DNA of 64,000 nt, taken from contig OX597830.1 in NCBI GenBank assembly GCA_951406725.2, positions 79,670,001 through 79,734,000 on the forward strand, written 5' to 3'. Below the pieces are notes generated by a model that was not told where the DNA came from, did not search any database, and saw only the letters and a list, made by a program, of their open reading frames with translations. Of the stretch, positions 14,925 to 28,215 are shown piece by piece; position 1 is the stretch's first letter; the number at the start of each line of letters is the position of its first letter. The translations under genes were made by a program, and so were the position numbers. This DNA is from Octopus vulgaris (lineage: Eukaryota).

Positions 14925-15412
14925 CTGCAAAATCAATAAATGGTAAAATTCCAGGTCAGTAAAATGAATTGTCATGATGTGTATAAAGATGAATATTTAA
15001 GTCTTTATCCTTTAACTGTGAACGTCGAATAGAAAAGCTGTGTTATTAAATGGAAAGAAATCGAGACAATGGAAAAGAAACTCAGCTTTAAGGAATAATA
15101 TGGCAGGTGAAAAGTTATGCACAGAAAGAATGATTCAGATGGAGATGAAGGTTGAGAGATAAATAAAGATCAAAGGAAGCTAAGAAATTAAGAGAGAATT
15201 CAGAAAGAGGCAATTCCTCAAAAAGAAGCAAGTCGAAATATACCGAAAATGGCAGAAAAGGTGGAGAAATTAAACTTAACAGAAGCAATTGATAAACAAT
15301 AAGAACAGCAGGAATTATACCTTAGAAATTATTCTATTCTCATACACACACAAACACACATACAGACACACACACAAGCACACACACACATACACACACA
15401 CATACATACACA

Positions 15413-15506
<94 letters not shown>

Positions 15507-15573
15507 TCACAAAAGAGGTGTTTCCATGCAGCAAAAAGAAATGGGCAAATTTGTTGTACCTATATATATATAA

Positions 15574-17049
15574 TTAATAGAAAAAAAGACGGACTAAAAG
15601 GACAAGTAAAACAACGTCGCGAGGACTTGACACATGCAAATTGTGAATAAGACGCTCACAGAATGAAAGAAAGAAAAAGTGTTTTACGTTTCGAGCAAAG
15701 GTCTTTTTCAGAAACAGGAGATGGCGTAAAATTCAAGAGAAAAGGAAGACAGGGAAAATAAGGCTTGGATTTGGTGAATTTATGCACTAGTTTCCCACAC
15801 CATTATGATTTAAAAGCAATCCTCTTCTGGCTAGAAAAATACCCAGAAGAGATCCCAGGACGCATCAACCACAGCTTCACAATCCCTGCACTGAAATTTA
15901 ACCTCCAGAACAACTACTTCATGTCCGATACAGTTTACTATCAAGAAAAATGTGGAATTGCAGTGGAACCTCGTGCTGCCCCACTGATTGCGAATTTTGT
16001 AATCTAGAAATTAAAATATACCAATTATCACAGCAAAAATATGGTACCTCAAAGGAATTAGACATACGAGCCTTAAGGGAAGTTAACCGAAATACTACAC
16101 CAAATTTAAATGTACTCCTATACATCTCCACATATAACTCCAGAAACAATGAGGCATTCAACATCATCATCCAGAATTTACCCATTCGCACTGGGGATAA
16201 ACAATGAACGAAATTTTGGACTCACACAAAATTATCAAAATTTAACCGGCGCAAGATTATATCCCTTAACAACGGAACCAAAAGTGGAAAATGGGGGTGG
16301 CCTAACTGGGGCACATACTTCCACCTTTTGGGGGTACAGAATTTCACTTCAAACAAGGTGAAATATTTAAGATAAAGTCACATTTCACTTTGCCTCTGAA
16401 AACCAAATCTATGTCATTACTTGCTTAGGTTGCCAAAACCACTATATAGGACAAACACGAAGAACAACGCTTCAAAAACAACAAATCAGTTTCCCACAGT
16501 ATAGACAGATAGATGTTAGTGAGCACAAGGATAGATGTGATAGGAGTCTTAAACCAAACTTCCTAATTTTCCCTTTTTATCAATGCTCCCAGAACACCTC
16601 AGTGCAGTAAAGACTAAATAAAGAGGCAACTTTCAGTAATAAATATCAACCACAACTTAACATGAACACACAACTTAATACAGGACACTACTAACCTTAC
16701 TAATACAAGTAATCCCACTAATCCTCAAACATCTCATATACCATTCATACTCTATTAATCATATTAATCTAATTGCATCACTTTCAGAACAGCTTACCTC
16801 CCTTGCATACATATACAGATACAGGTACTATTAGACCCAACAGCGTTTGGAAATTGGTGTTGATTCAAAGTTAGTGAACAGCGATGTCGAAACCGGTATG
16901 ACTTTCTATAATGACTCATGGTAAGGATTTTTATACTTCTTAATTTCCCCTCAAATCATTTAATTGTATATATATGTATCTTTGTTCTAAGAAAAAGAAC
17001 CATTACTTTTATGCCTAGTGTGCATTTTCTTTGTTTCTTTTTACTTTTT

Positions 17050-17050
<1 letters not shown>
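15574..17050 (+). mobile_element. Decayed Penelope-like element related to the 57.4-60.7 kb copy
   Basis: DLVNLCTSFPH...FWLEKYPEEIPGRI...GIAVEPRAAPLIAN aligns to YTSIPH...FWLDQFPEEIPKRI...GIAMGTRAAPVIAN; IYVITC...YIGQT remnant at ~16410-16460. Confidence 0.85.
16867..16905 (+). ncRNA. Minimal hammerhead motif, G3:C8 core variant, decayed stem II
   Basis: aaagtta GTGAACA gcgatgtc GAAA ccggT a tgacttt: 7-bp stem I, palindromic ACCGGT stem III, located just 3' of the PLE ORF. Confidence 0.6.
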
Positions 17051-17103
<53 letters not shown>

Positions 17104-17655
17104 ATTATTACTATTTTATTATATATCATCATTATTACTATTTTACCTGCTCTTCTCCCACTGTTCTATCCTATTACTCTGTTATTCTGTCCTTCACTCT
17201 TCCTTGCTCACCTGGCTCCCGCGTGACCATCGGCCATCTTTCTTATTTTCTCTCCGTTGTAGCTGGAACAAGGAAGACGTGTTCTTGCTTGTATCATGTC
17301 CTAGCTTAATTTATGCGTTCGTCACCACAACCTCGTTTAGGCTTAACAGCCCTTCCTGTTTCTTTTCACTGTCCTGGTTGTGTTACCTATTTTGATCCTC
17401 CGCAAAATCCCAAATTCTACTTAATTTGCTTTGCGGGAGCAACTGTTTTATCGAATACGTATATTGTTGTTAAATGCTCGAAATACGAGAATAGAGAAAC
17501 AACCAGCAACTGATGAACGGTCATTCTTCATGTTTGTTTTGTTTTCCATTTGTGTCTTTCGTTGTTCGAAAAAAATAGTTCGTGTTCCATGTACACGTGC
17601 TTCGTATTTTTGTACACGTTTTATGATGTCCTCTGCCCAGATATGCATATATACA

Positions 17656-17722
<67 letters not shown>

Positions 17723-17805
17723 GTATAAATGTAAGTATGTACATATGCGTATGTATATAGGCATATATTATCTATAATATATACATATATATATATACAT
17801 ATATA

Positions 17806-17862
<57 letters not shown>

Positions 17863-18084
17863 GTGTGTGCGTGTGTAAGTGATCGAAATGTCATACTCAC
17901 TCCTTTCAGTGGGCGTCAAGCTATAATACATTTTTGTGTACGTTGTCCCGTTTGTTTTCATTTTTCGTTTTTTAACTCACTATTTTGCATCGCGAGCGCA
18001 CAGCCATATATAGAAATAAGCAACAGCTAAAAACGTATATGTATAAGTCACAGAGACTCGCTAATTCTTCATCAGTTTTTCGCT

Positions 18085-19560
18085 AATACTTTATCATTTT
18101 TCTAAGCCAAATTCCATGTTTATTTCTTTTGCAAAGCCATGTACTCTCTCTTGTACTGTTTCCAGCTGTTTATCATTTGTAGCGTATAGTTTTAGATCAT
18201 CCTTATACAAGAGTTGGTCGATTGTTTTCCCGTAAAAGTTGTATCTATATCTAATTCTATTTAGCACGTCAGATAAAGGTGTCAGTGCCAAGCAGAAAGA
18301 GTGGAAAGATCGTGTCTCCCTGGAATATTACTGTTCTAACGGGGACGGCTCTCTTTCGATTATTGTCGTTACTTTGGTCATAGAATATTATCAAAAGCTT
18401 TTCGATAATCGATCCCAGTCATACTTGGACCATTCTTCTCTTGTCGGCTGTCTTCAGTTATGGCTTTATTGACAGGTAGCTGATGCTTTTGCAGCACCCC
18501 TTCTTCTGTTTCAGAAACAGGTTGTTATCTTCCAGATGTTTGCCCATTCTCTGCAGTAAAGGTTTTGTAAATTGTAGCGAGTCAAGTTATCGGTTTGTAA
18601 TTTTGTGGGTTTCCCGTTTCAGTGGACTTGGTAATCAGGAAATGTTTCCCTTCCATGGGCCCTTCAAATATTGTCTCAGGCTCTTTTAGTATTTCATCAA
18701 ATTTCCTGGGCATCGTTTTCTGTATTCCTGTTTGATATTTCAACCAGAAATTGGAGACCTTGTAGTGCATGGTTGCCGACCTCTTCAGTTGTTATAGGAG
18801 TCCAGATTTGTAGAGGGGCTGTTTTTGTTACTTTGAAAGACCTTTTCCTAGGTTGTTCCCTCACCGACCATATTTCTTTCTATTGATCTCTATTTTATTT
18901 TTGCCAAGTTATAGGTAGAATCTTTTGAAATTGGAGTAGAACTGTTTGTTTTGTTCAAAGAAACGTTGGCGTATCTCATACTGGCGGATTTTTTGTACTT
19001 TGGCGAGGATATCTTGCTTTAGCTGTTCTTTTATCCCAGGTATACTTTGTTCTAGAATTTTCTATTTCCATAGTATTTTACTTCTGTTCTTGTTGCTTAG
19101 TAGTGTTGATTGTCTACTAATTTCCTTAAGGACTGACAGATCCTTTCTTTTATTTTATATCTTTTTCTAAATATTCTTTATCCACAGGATTTTTTTTAGG
19201 TTTTCTCCTGTTTGGATGGGTTTGAGAGGGTATCCAGCTTTGATATATTATAGCATTTAACCTGATCATACTGACGTTTGTTTCTGTGGGTATTAGTTCC
19301 GTGACGGCCAGTTTCCTGTTATTTATTATTAATGTGGCTTTAATATCAATCTTAATTTTGGGGAGCTACAGTCAGTTGTCCATACTGAGATCTGAGCCTT
19401 TCAATTCTTTGATTATATTCATTTTTAGAGTATCATAATCATTAGTTTCACCTTCACTCTTTTAAGGTTTTAGATTTGTTTCGCTTTCCTTCCTGTTCAT
19501 ATTTTTTGTTTGTGGTGTTCTGATTTCGTGCATATAGCTCATCATTATACATTCATACGG
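18085..19560 (-). mobile_element. Decayed R4/Dong-clade RT fragment (same family as 8425-10320)
   Basis: FLITKSTETGNPQNYKPIT; ALTPLS...IDQLLYKDDLKLYA...MEFGLEK. Confidence 0.8.
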
Positions 19561-20112
19561 CCTGGGTTTGTTGCCTTTCGTTGTTTTCTTCCTTTTCGTT
19601 ACGTTTGACTACGTATCTTACACTCCCAGTGCTTATGATATTATTTGGCATTGCTGTGTGGTCACTATCTACGATTTCCTAATGTACACTGAATCGCAAA
19701 AGAAACGCAATCTTTTTCAAATGTCATTTTATATTCTAAATATATTTCAGTGATGTAAGAGTAAATATTCCAAAACCTGCTGATTTATGGCTGAGACCCA
19801 AATTACAGGCAGTCTTTAGACTTTCGTGAAACGGGACGCCAAAATGCAGCTGCGTTGAATGTCGTGGGTAGCAGTCGCAAACAATGAAAAGAAAACCGAA
19901 ATGCACGTGCATCTCGTGGGGTTATGGCTCTAAAAATGAACTTGAACGCATTCCTGGCATTCCAAATTTCTTCGCCTTTGGAGTAGTTCATTTCGTACGT
20001 GAGTGTTGCATTGTTGGATTATTATTGTTGGAACTCCTTCGTGCTTTTTTTTAGTTAACGCCACATTTGTTTATGTTCTGCGTTTCGCAGGCTTTTTTCA
20101 CCATTATTCATA

Positions 20113-21760
20113 TCTATTATATCAACGTCAATGTCTTTATGTGTGTTCGCGTGTTACTTATATATTCAAAAACTGCTGCACCGATCATAATGAAATTTGG
20201 AACACAAAATCAAAGCCTAGGGAGAAGGGCAATGCTGTGTGTTTCATACAATTTCATGGACCAAAATTACTGAATGGATCCTTATGATATTTGAAACTTA
20301 GATTCAATGCATAAGGGCGGGTATAATGCAATATGTTTGGTTTAAATTTCAGATGGCTTAAAGGGGGAAAAACCCCCCATGAAAATTCATAAATTTTTGA
20401 TGTTGATGAAATTTCAACCATAAGTAATTGATACACATCAAGAAGTATTCTCAAAGATTCCACTTCATATGAATATTCTAAGACACCATATTGAGGGCCT
20501 TAACTCCCAAATTTTAGTCATTTCTTTTATGATCCAAAATTAGGTCAAAAGTACTGAATGGATCTTTACGAAATTTGGGAATTATATTCTATGCATAAAG
20601 GCCATAACCCCCATGACAATTCATATATTTTTGCTGCTGATGAAATTTTAACCACAGATATTAGATACAAATGAAGTAATATTTATAAAATTTCATCTTC
20701 TTACAAGTTAGAAACACCCCTTAATGGGGACTTAATACCCACAATTTAATCATTTTATCTAAGCAAAGACGAATACAGTTGTACTCTTGGAAGCTGTAGG
20801 GTCACCCGAGCATAAAGATGAGCATTATTTGTAATTCAATGGTACAACAGTGTAAGAGTTTGCTTTGGCATACACTTAGATTGTGATTTCTGCAATGTGG
20901 TGCATAAATTGTCAAGAAAATGGGAGGCATCTTTGCTTCCGCTGATTCAGTTGCAAAGTGTTGAGTAAAGTTATTTGATTGCAGACCTCCTTTCAGTCTT
21001 TTTATTATCACTGAGTCACACATAGTCCCCAGAGAGTAACATTGATTTCAAGGCCTTCCCAGATGAGTGACTTGTTATTCAAAGACATTTATAGATTGTA
21101 AATTTATTCTGTCCAGTTACGTATCAGTACAGTGGTCATTTGCAAACTCCAACTTTCATTTATCCTTAGCCCTCACGTCACACAGTTGTTAATGTTTATT
21201 TCAGTTGGGTCACGCCCTTCCAATTACTATAGATTCGTAATGCATCTTCCGGCTGTAATACTACAATGGGAATATTGCATTGGGAGTGGTAACGACTGGA
21301 GTAGGGTAGCTGACTGCTTATTGTGATGATTCGTCTTTTGGTTTCCTGTAGCTTTGCTCTATTTTACAAACCCAGTGAACATATATTTCCTATTTCAAAG
21401 AAATTCAAGCAATAGATATAAGACCCTAGTTAAAAATATTCTCAACAATTCAACTTCTCTGCTTGACATTAAGACATCCCCCACCAATAGAGGCCTTAAC
21501 TCTCACATTTTAGAGCGTTCCATGACCTCCATTTTTCAGGAGCAAAATCCTTTTAACAGGTTCTATAAGACTAGAATTTTGGAATATGCGCATAAAAATC
21601 ATTAGTATGGGATACATGTGGTACGATTACAATTTTTTTAGGTTGTGTAAAGAGGGAAATAACCCTCATCTGCAATTTTGATGAAATTCGAAACATTACA
21701 GAAAATATAACAGAAAAGCCTAATTCTTCAATTACATGTAACACGGGCAAAGTGTATATA
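20113..21760. mobile_element. Helitron-like remnant: non-autonomous 5' motif, ~290-bp internal repeats, decayed PIF1-like stretch on the minus strand
   Basis: aaaactgctgcaccgatcataatgaaatttggaaca motif; 20260-20460 is repeated at ~20545-20710; LLNTLQ...MPP...IYAP remnants at ~20890-20980. Boundaries uncertain. Confidence 0.45.
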
Positions 21761-22039
21761 CACACAAATATAACTTGATAGATACAACTGAGTGGGCAAA
21801 CAAAAATATGAGACAGCCTAGTGCTTTTTTTATGTTGATAAGCCTGGTACTTATTCTATTAGTTTCTTCTTGTGAAACCAGTAAGTTATGGGGATGTAAA
21901 TAAACGGACAGCAGTTGTGAAGCAGTGATGAGGGCGAAACACAGAAACAAAGTCACACACATACACTTACATATGTACATACATATATAAACGATTGATT
22001 TCTGTAAGTTTCTGTCTACGAAATCCATATATATATATA

Positions 22040-22220
22040 TAGGGAGAGTTTTCGAAAAAAACAAAGGACGAAGAGAGGTGGTGTACAAAACAAACAGATG
22101 TATTAGTATAACGCTCAGGAATAGAAAAAGTCTTTTACGTTTCGAGCCTACGTTCTTCTACAGAAAGGGACACAGAAAAAACAAGGTGAGAAAAATGTGT
22201 GTAGTGGCTAACGATCTATC
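22040..22220 (-). mobile_element. Solo pLTR of the PLE family at 6001-6260, flanked by (TA)n
   Basis: Colinear with 6001-6200, including the hammerhead-like motif at 22132-22167. Confidence 0.75.
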
Positions 22221-22897
22221 ATATATGAATTTTTTGCGTTATAAGATAAAAAACCAAGGCTGCATAGATATTAGAGCATTTATAGATAGAAGGTCTTACA
22301 GCTGTTTCTAGGATATTAATTAATAATACCCTTCGGATAGCATAAATACCACGCTTAAAAACAGAATAAGATCTGGGATCGATTCATTCCACTAAAACTT
22401 TCTGTCACAATAAAATACGTCAAATATCATTGCAATGACGTAATATTAAATAGCATTGTAGGTAGAAATTCACTGCCAATTAATAAAATCCGTATGTTTT
22501 ATATCAATTCTTTCACTTGGTGTAGAGACTTCGTAAAACATTAATCTTATTTTGGTTATTAATGTTCTAAATTTTTCTAAGGTGACTAAGTTACCTGAAC
22601 TTACAGGCTGTTGTACAAAATACTTGCCATATATCATTTCTTAACTGTCGATTCTCTTTCATTTTTCCATCATGGAAAATACTCAATAACATCGCTTTCC
22701 CTTTATATAAATGCCAGTAATATGGTGGGGTAAATATAGTTTATTCTTTCTTTTATTATTGTTGAAATTGTTCAAATACTAAAGGATAAAAGCAATACTT
22801 AAAATTCTCTAAGGATCAGATATGAAGAGATTTAGAGGTTTAGTGGTGTCTTTAAATATGATGAGTAAATGTAATATAGAAATGTTTGTCTACTTAC

Positions 22898-22950
22898 CCA
22901 TTGGCAGAAGATGCCATTGCCACCGGCCTTCGTCCTCCACCTCTTCCAAT
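22898..22950 (-). CDS. Candidate 53-nt internal exon (phase 0 to 2), IGRGGGRRPVAMASSANG
   Basis: Acceptor tttgtattattctctAG, donor TGG|GTAAGTAG; GC-rich island in AT-rich flanks; positional paralog of 225-280. Confidence 0.65.
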
Positions 22951-23433
22951 CTAGAGAATAATACAAACATGGTTAATTGCAGAAAAAGTTTTGGAGTTAT
23001 AATGTTTAGCTGTTAGTAGCAAGGTTTAAACAATATGCTTATATGAAGGAGGAGGTATATAAGTAACAGTAGTGTGCAAAAGACAAAGAATAACCACATC
23101 TAAAAATCCAACTACACCCAGATATAGACTCAGAAAATATAATGGGAAAAGATATTTTTATTTTCAGTTTAGGTGTAGAAATCTGAACATAGCTATTATT
23201 GCTTTCAAATAAAGATATGAAATAGTGTTTATAATTATTTTACTTTTATAAGGCTCAGTTTTCATGATATCAGTGAAAATCCCTTAACATATTATTTTAG
23301 GCATAATTTAGAAATGTTTAGGAAAATAAAATCATCAAATGTAATATGAAACACAGTTTATATAAGTATAGATGGATTATTATTTACGTTATTTACATTA
23401 TTCGGATATGTGTCCTCGCGTTGTTTGTTGTTG

Positions 23434-23477
23434 CCACAGCGTTTCGGCTTATTTACTCTCCAGCCTTCATCAGGTGT
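23434..23477 (-). ncRNA. Minimal hammerhead motif, canonical C3:G8 core (U16.1 mutated to C)
   Basis: acac CTGATGA a ggctg...aagcc GAAA cgc t gtgg. Confidence 0.55.
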
Positions 23478-23555
23478 TCTAGTGGAATTTTAGACTCAAC
23501 CCTAAGTTCTCATTCTTAAGGTATTTGTTGGTGATGTTACTAAAATTCCACCAGG

Positions 23556-23599
23556 ACACCTGATGAAGGCTGAGGAATAAATCAGCCGAAACGTTTTGA
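23556..23599 (+). ncRNA. Minimal hammerhead motif, canonical C3:G8 core (3' strand of stem I decayed)
   Basis: acac CTGATGA a ggctga...tcagcc GAAA cgT t ttga. Confidence 0.6.
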
Positions 23600-23779
23600 T
23601 AACAACAAACAAGCTGAGGACACATAACCGTCTAATGTAAATAATGTAAATAATGTATAGAATTCTTCGTCTCTGAAAGAGAGAACAGTATAAATGGATT
23701 ATAAAGATCACATCCGGAAATCATCAAAAAGCTCCAAACAGGCAAAATAGAAGTGATAGTTATTGATAGAAAACAGCAT

Positions 23780-25925
23780 GGAGATGGCAGAATATGATAT
23801 AGAAGAGTAAGAGAGAAGACACTTTGCAGATTGTGAAATAATACTAGGAAAAAAAGAAAACAGGAGCAACAAGTGTTGAAAAGTGTTAGATGGTAAGCAT
23901 TTCAGACGAAGGCAGGATGTTGCAGCAGATAAATCGTGATTATGGTTGAATAATGGAGAGCTCAAAGAACCAATAGAAGGCCTCGTGGTGGTTGCTCAAA
24001 TCCAGTCTTTACTATTCGTTACTCTCGTTGCTGTTATGCCGAAAAGAAAAAGAACAGTTTTGACATTAACAAAGATGCAGCTCCAAAATAAAAGGCGGCT
24101 TAGAGCTGAATCTTCCCTTCAAAGACAATCGCAGATTGCAGGGGGCTCTGCTGAAGTGAGGGCTGTGGCCATCGATGAGGGTTGCTTGAATAAAACAGAT
24201 AGTAACAACGATTTCAATGCACTTGCACATGCATTTGAAAGTTCTACCGATGTTTTACTTCCAGACATCGGTAATACTCCTTCCAGTTCACGCGCGTGTA
24301 GTGTTGTGAGTGAACAAGAACATAAACAAAGGCTTGCAAAGGCCAAAGCTACTGCTCGAGCTGCAGAGAGTGAATGTCATTAAAGCAAGAATAGACAGAA
24401 CCATGGAAAGTGTTTAGTACAGAATGTGTAACGAAAATGGCGAGACAATTCTGCAGATAATAAGTACTGGAGTTCCTTTTTCACAGAAAGAGTATAAATG
24501 CAGGCACGATTACTTCAAAGAGGCTTTGGATTCAGGGGAGAATCATCGTACCAACAACGACCAGACAGTGTGATAGAGAATGAACAGTTTAATGTATTAT
24601 GGGAAAAGCTGATCCTGAAATTCAAGCAAGACGAACAAATACTATCGTGCTAGATAAGGTTTCCAAAGAGTGTGTCATCCCAGGTGTGGTTGTGTCTGAA
24701 TGTACCAGTTGTAAAAAGAAGAAAAAAACGGAAGAGCAAAAAGAAAATGCCAAGATTTTCAATAATTCTGGAGGGTTTCTTCATAAGTTATCTCAGTAGT
24801 TATAGGCGCCCGAGGTACTGATACCAATAAACTTGGTAGTTTCTTAAATAATACGAAAATTGGATTAATACAGAAATCTGTTATATTAGAAATTGCAACG
24901 ATTGCTCAAAAGGTCCTCAATACCAAATGAACAGTTCTGACCTGATATTCAAATGCAATATATTTGTGCATACCTTTAAATAAAGATAATGGTTTCTAAT
25001 ACGGGCACAAGGCTTGAAATTTGGGAGAACGGTGTAGTCAATTACATCGACCCCAGTGCTCAACTGACACTTATTTTCAACGACTCTGAAAGTATGAAAG
25101 CCAAAGTCAACCGCAGCAGAATTTGAACACAGAATGTAAAGATGAGTGAAATACTGCTAAGCATTTTATCCAGTATGCTAATGACTCTGCCAGCTTGCAG
25201 CCTTAGATAATGTACCCCCCAACCTACTAATTCAACACATAGCGATAATAAAAATTCTTTCTAATGTTCACACAAGACCATCAAGGAAAATAAGAGTTAG
25301 TATGATCGACTTCAGTACCTGACTAGTACTTTATTTTGTCAGCCCTGAAAATCTGAAAAGCAAAGTTGACTGTGACAGGATTTGAAATCAGAATATAAAA
25401 ATCCGGAACAAAAGAGGCAAAATATTTTTTTTGACATTCTAGCAATTTCATTGGTAGGAACTCTGTGGAACACACGGCCTAAAAATAGCAAAGACGTAGT
25501 ATGAGCAAATCCTAGATATAAGACTGCAAAGTCCTGTCGGATGCAATGATTCGGTGTAACCATCATATCAGACGTGAAAAACTTGACATTGTTGTGGTGA
25601 ACAAAGAGGAAGAAGAAAGAACTTGAACAACTACGAGTGTTTTGGATACACGAAAGTTGTGGGTAATGAAACGTGTGGACGTGATACCAATAGTAATTGG
25701 CGCCCTTGGCAGTATCAACACTCAACTACCAACATGGCGCAAAGGGTTGCTACAAATATAAATATAAATACGCTCAAAAATCAGCACTGCTTGCAGCTGT
25801 AAGAGTTCTCCGCAGGGTTCTTGAAGCATGATCAGTAAACTAATGTCACCAGTGTCTGCTTGCAGTGAACAGCCGACACTTTCCATCATACCCAGCAAAA
25901 TAAGCTGAGAGTTTTCATCAAATAA
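23780..25925 (+). mobile_element. Interrupted, decayed R4/Dong-like RLE-region fragments (~23780-24010, 24470-24930, 25440-25925) with nested SINEs
   Basis: LNNGELKEPIEGLVVVAQ; remnants of ENEQ..LW...RT..IVLDK; VDVIPIVIGALGSI and QKSALLAAVRVLRRVLE at ~25675-25825. Confidence 0.65.
24993..25203 (-). mobile_element. tRNA-derived SINE (octopus-type); partial copies at ~25255-25400, 25970-26090, 40480-40550
   Basis: Reverse complement of the family at 39963-40095 (gctggcaga-tc-ttagca...ttctg-gttcaaattc...gtcgacttt). Confidence 0.7.
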
Positions 25926-26104
25926 TAGGACTATTATTTGAAGTAAACTCTTAAATGGAATCTTGAGGGAGCAAGCAAGTCGATAAAATCGGCCCCAGAA
26001 CTCACTGGGTTCTTATTTTATTGATCCCGAAAACGATGAAAGCAAAGTTGACCGTGGTGGTATTTGAAGCTGGAACATAAAGAGCGAGAAGAAATGCCAG
26101 TAAG

Positions 26105-28215
26105 GAGTAAGCGCCTGCCAGCACTCAAGCTGCCAAGCACCCTTCCTTAGTCTACGCTCCATCCAGGACTCCAGCTCAGTCAGGGGAACGATCTGTGGAT
26201 CTAACAATCGGTAATCGCACATCCTTATCGTCAAGGAAATGTTGGACATGTCGCAGGCTCAGAGCGTGACTGCGCATCACTAGACATTGCATGATCGGTC
26301 CTCCACTCAGCGTATGTTGACAGCGAATGAACTGTTTGACCAATAGATCACATCCCTTCCACAGAAAAAGAAAAACCAAACGCTTCAATCTCATCAGCCA
26401 TGAAGTGGAGCAAGGCACGAGAGTCTGGTGATAACATAAGCAAAGTAAGCCTTTCATGGACAGTTTCTTCACAGCCCATTTCTGACTGAAACTAGCCACC
26501 CCACAAGTCACGTCTCCCAGGTCTGTTCCACTTTGAGATTTGGATCAAACCAAATCGTGAGCAATTTAACCGGTACAGTCGTCCACTGCCCCATGATGCT
26601 GTTGGATGGCATGGACCTGTTTCTCCAGGTACCCAGATGCAATCTCACAGACGTCTTCTGGTTAACTTTTGTTCCTGCCCCCGTCTCGCAGCTCCCCAGT
26701 GTAGTACCAATCAGCTCCGACATTATTTCACTGACAATTACCCGCTTCTGCAATCATGGATCTTTCATGCCAGAGTTCTGACGGGATGCCCCCAACCCAT
26801 TTAACCCCCAAATTCAGAGGAAGTAACTCTTAGGACAGTACGTACAGAAGAGAAAGGGAAGAGAGGTGTCATCCTTGACGGTCGGAGTGCTTGATACTAA
26901 ACAGTACCGATAGGTGACTATTTAAAGTTACCACCAAGCAAATGACACAATAAATTGTTATGATCTAGCTTCTGCAGACGAGCCCGAATCCAATTACTTA
27001 GTGGAATGCTACCAAGTATTAATGGTCAACTCTATCAAACGGTTCCAACTGATTTAAATTAACCAGAACCCTACCTATGCCAGGCTTTTTACCTAAATTT
27101 TCTGTGGTGCACCATGTGAGGTGGAGATTGTTATAGATAAATCTGTTTGCTTTAGCACATTCAGTGCCTCACCTATCGGAGTATCGAGGACCAGCACCAA
27201 CTTTTTCGATAATATTTTGGTCAAAATCTTCAAACCATCTCCCTTGTTCGGGTCCTTTCTCGGTTACACTTCTTTCCACAGAACTGGATATTCCCACGTT
27301 TATTGCCAGTTGCAATAGAAATCTGTCAAGCAGTCCCTGAATAAGTCTGGCATATGACGATAAAGCTTGAAGGACAGACCATCAGTCCCCGGCGACTCCT
27401 CCATCGTCCAGCCCGATATTGTTTCCCGTATTTCATCAGCTGATATCGGCTTTTTACAGAACTTCGCATTCCAGGCCAAGAGCCATGGCACACCATCGAT
27501 GTAGGCAGTAAAGCTCATCTCCATCCATCGTCCACCATCGACTAGCCACCCCAAATAGTTGAGCGAAGTGTCACATCTGCTGTAGTAGAGCGTCACGCAC
27601 CCTTCCAAATTCGCCAAAGGTCGAATTGTGGCCTTGTTGCTGCATTGAGCATCTTCCACCCTTATTCCTTCGATCGCATACTCTAGCTCTGAAAATTCAA
27701 CCTTCGTGCTTAGTGTAGAAGAATAGATCAAGGGCCAGATGTGCTGCCAGTATGTGAGACATGCATTCAAGATGGCGTTGCAATTACACACTAGCACTAA
27801 AGATCGGGACGTTCCTAGGAAACCCTCGAAAGGCCTGAAGAAATCCTGCTTCCTTTCCACAGTGAAGAACACACAGTTATCAATCTAAAGGCACCACCTT
27901 CGCTACTGTTCACATCTACAACCAATAACATAGAGTCCAGGAAGACAAAACGCATCTCGAGAATCATGTCTGCCCAGGTCCACGGAAATTGAATGGATCT
28001 CTAGTCCCAGGTCTTTCCGAAATAATCCTGTCACTTCGCGACCCCACCACCCATTCCAGATTTAATAAGAAATGTGAAGATATTGAATCTGCTACAAACG
28101 GGTGCAAATTTGCGTGTATTCGAATTCCTAGTCTCGCTGATGATTATTACATCCAAACCTAGTAATTTGCGCTCATTTAGCAGGCAATCCCGTAAAATAA
28201 TATTAAGCATTCATA
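26105..28215 (-). mobile_element. Decayed Tx1/L1-clade LINE ORF2 (endonuclease plus RT)
   Basis: SLVLVCNCNAIL (GDFN-like); PISADEIRETI...ESPGTDGLSFKLY...DFYCNWQ; GAKVNQKTS...LGTW. Confidence 0.7.

Larger units (their letters stand above)
23381..23702. mobile_element. Non-autonomous fold-back PLE-derived element with two inverted hammerheads and a 16-bp TSD
   Basis: Direct repeats agtatagatggattat (23365-23380) and agtataaatggattat (23687-23702); absent from the paralogous site at ~715-740. Confidence 0.75.

Noticed and set aside
15681-15715. Minus-strand hammerhead-like motif CTGAAAA...GAAACGTA
   Set aside because: C3.A8 mismatch and broken stem II; treated as a decayed pLTR copy, not a functional variant.
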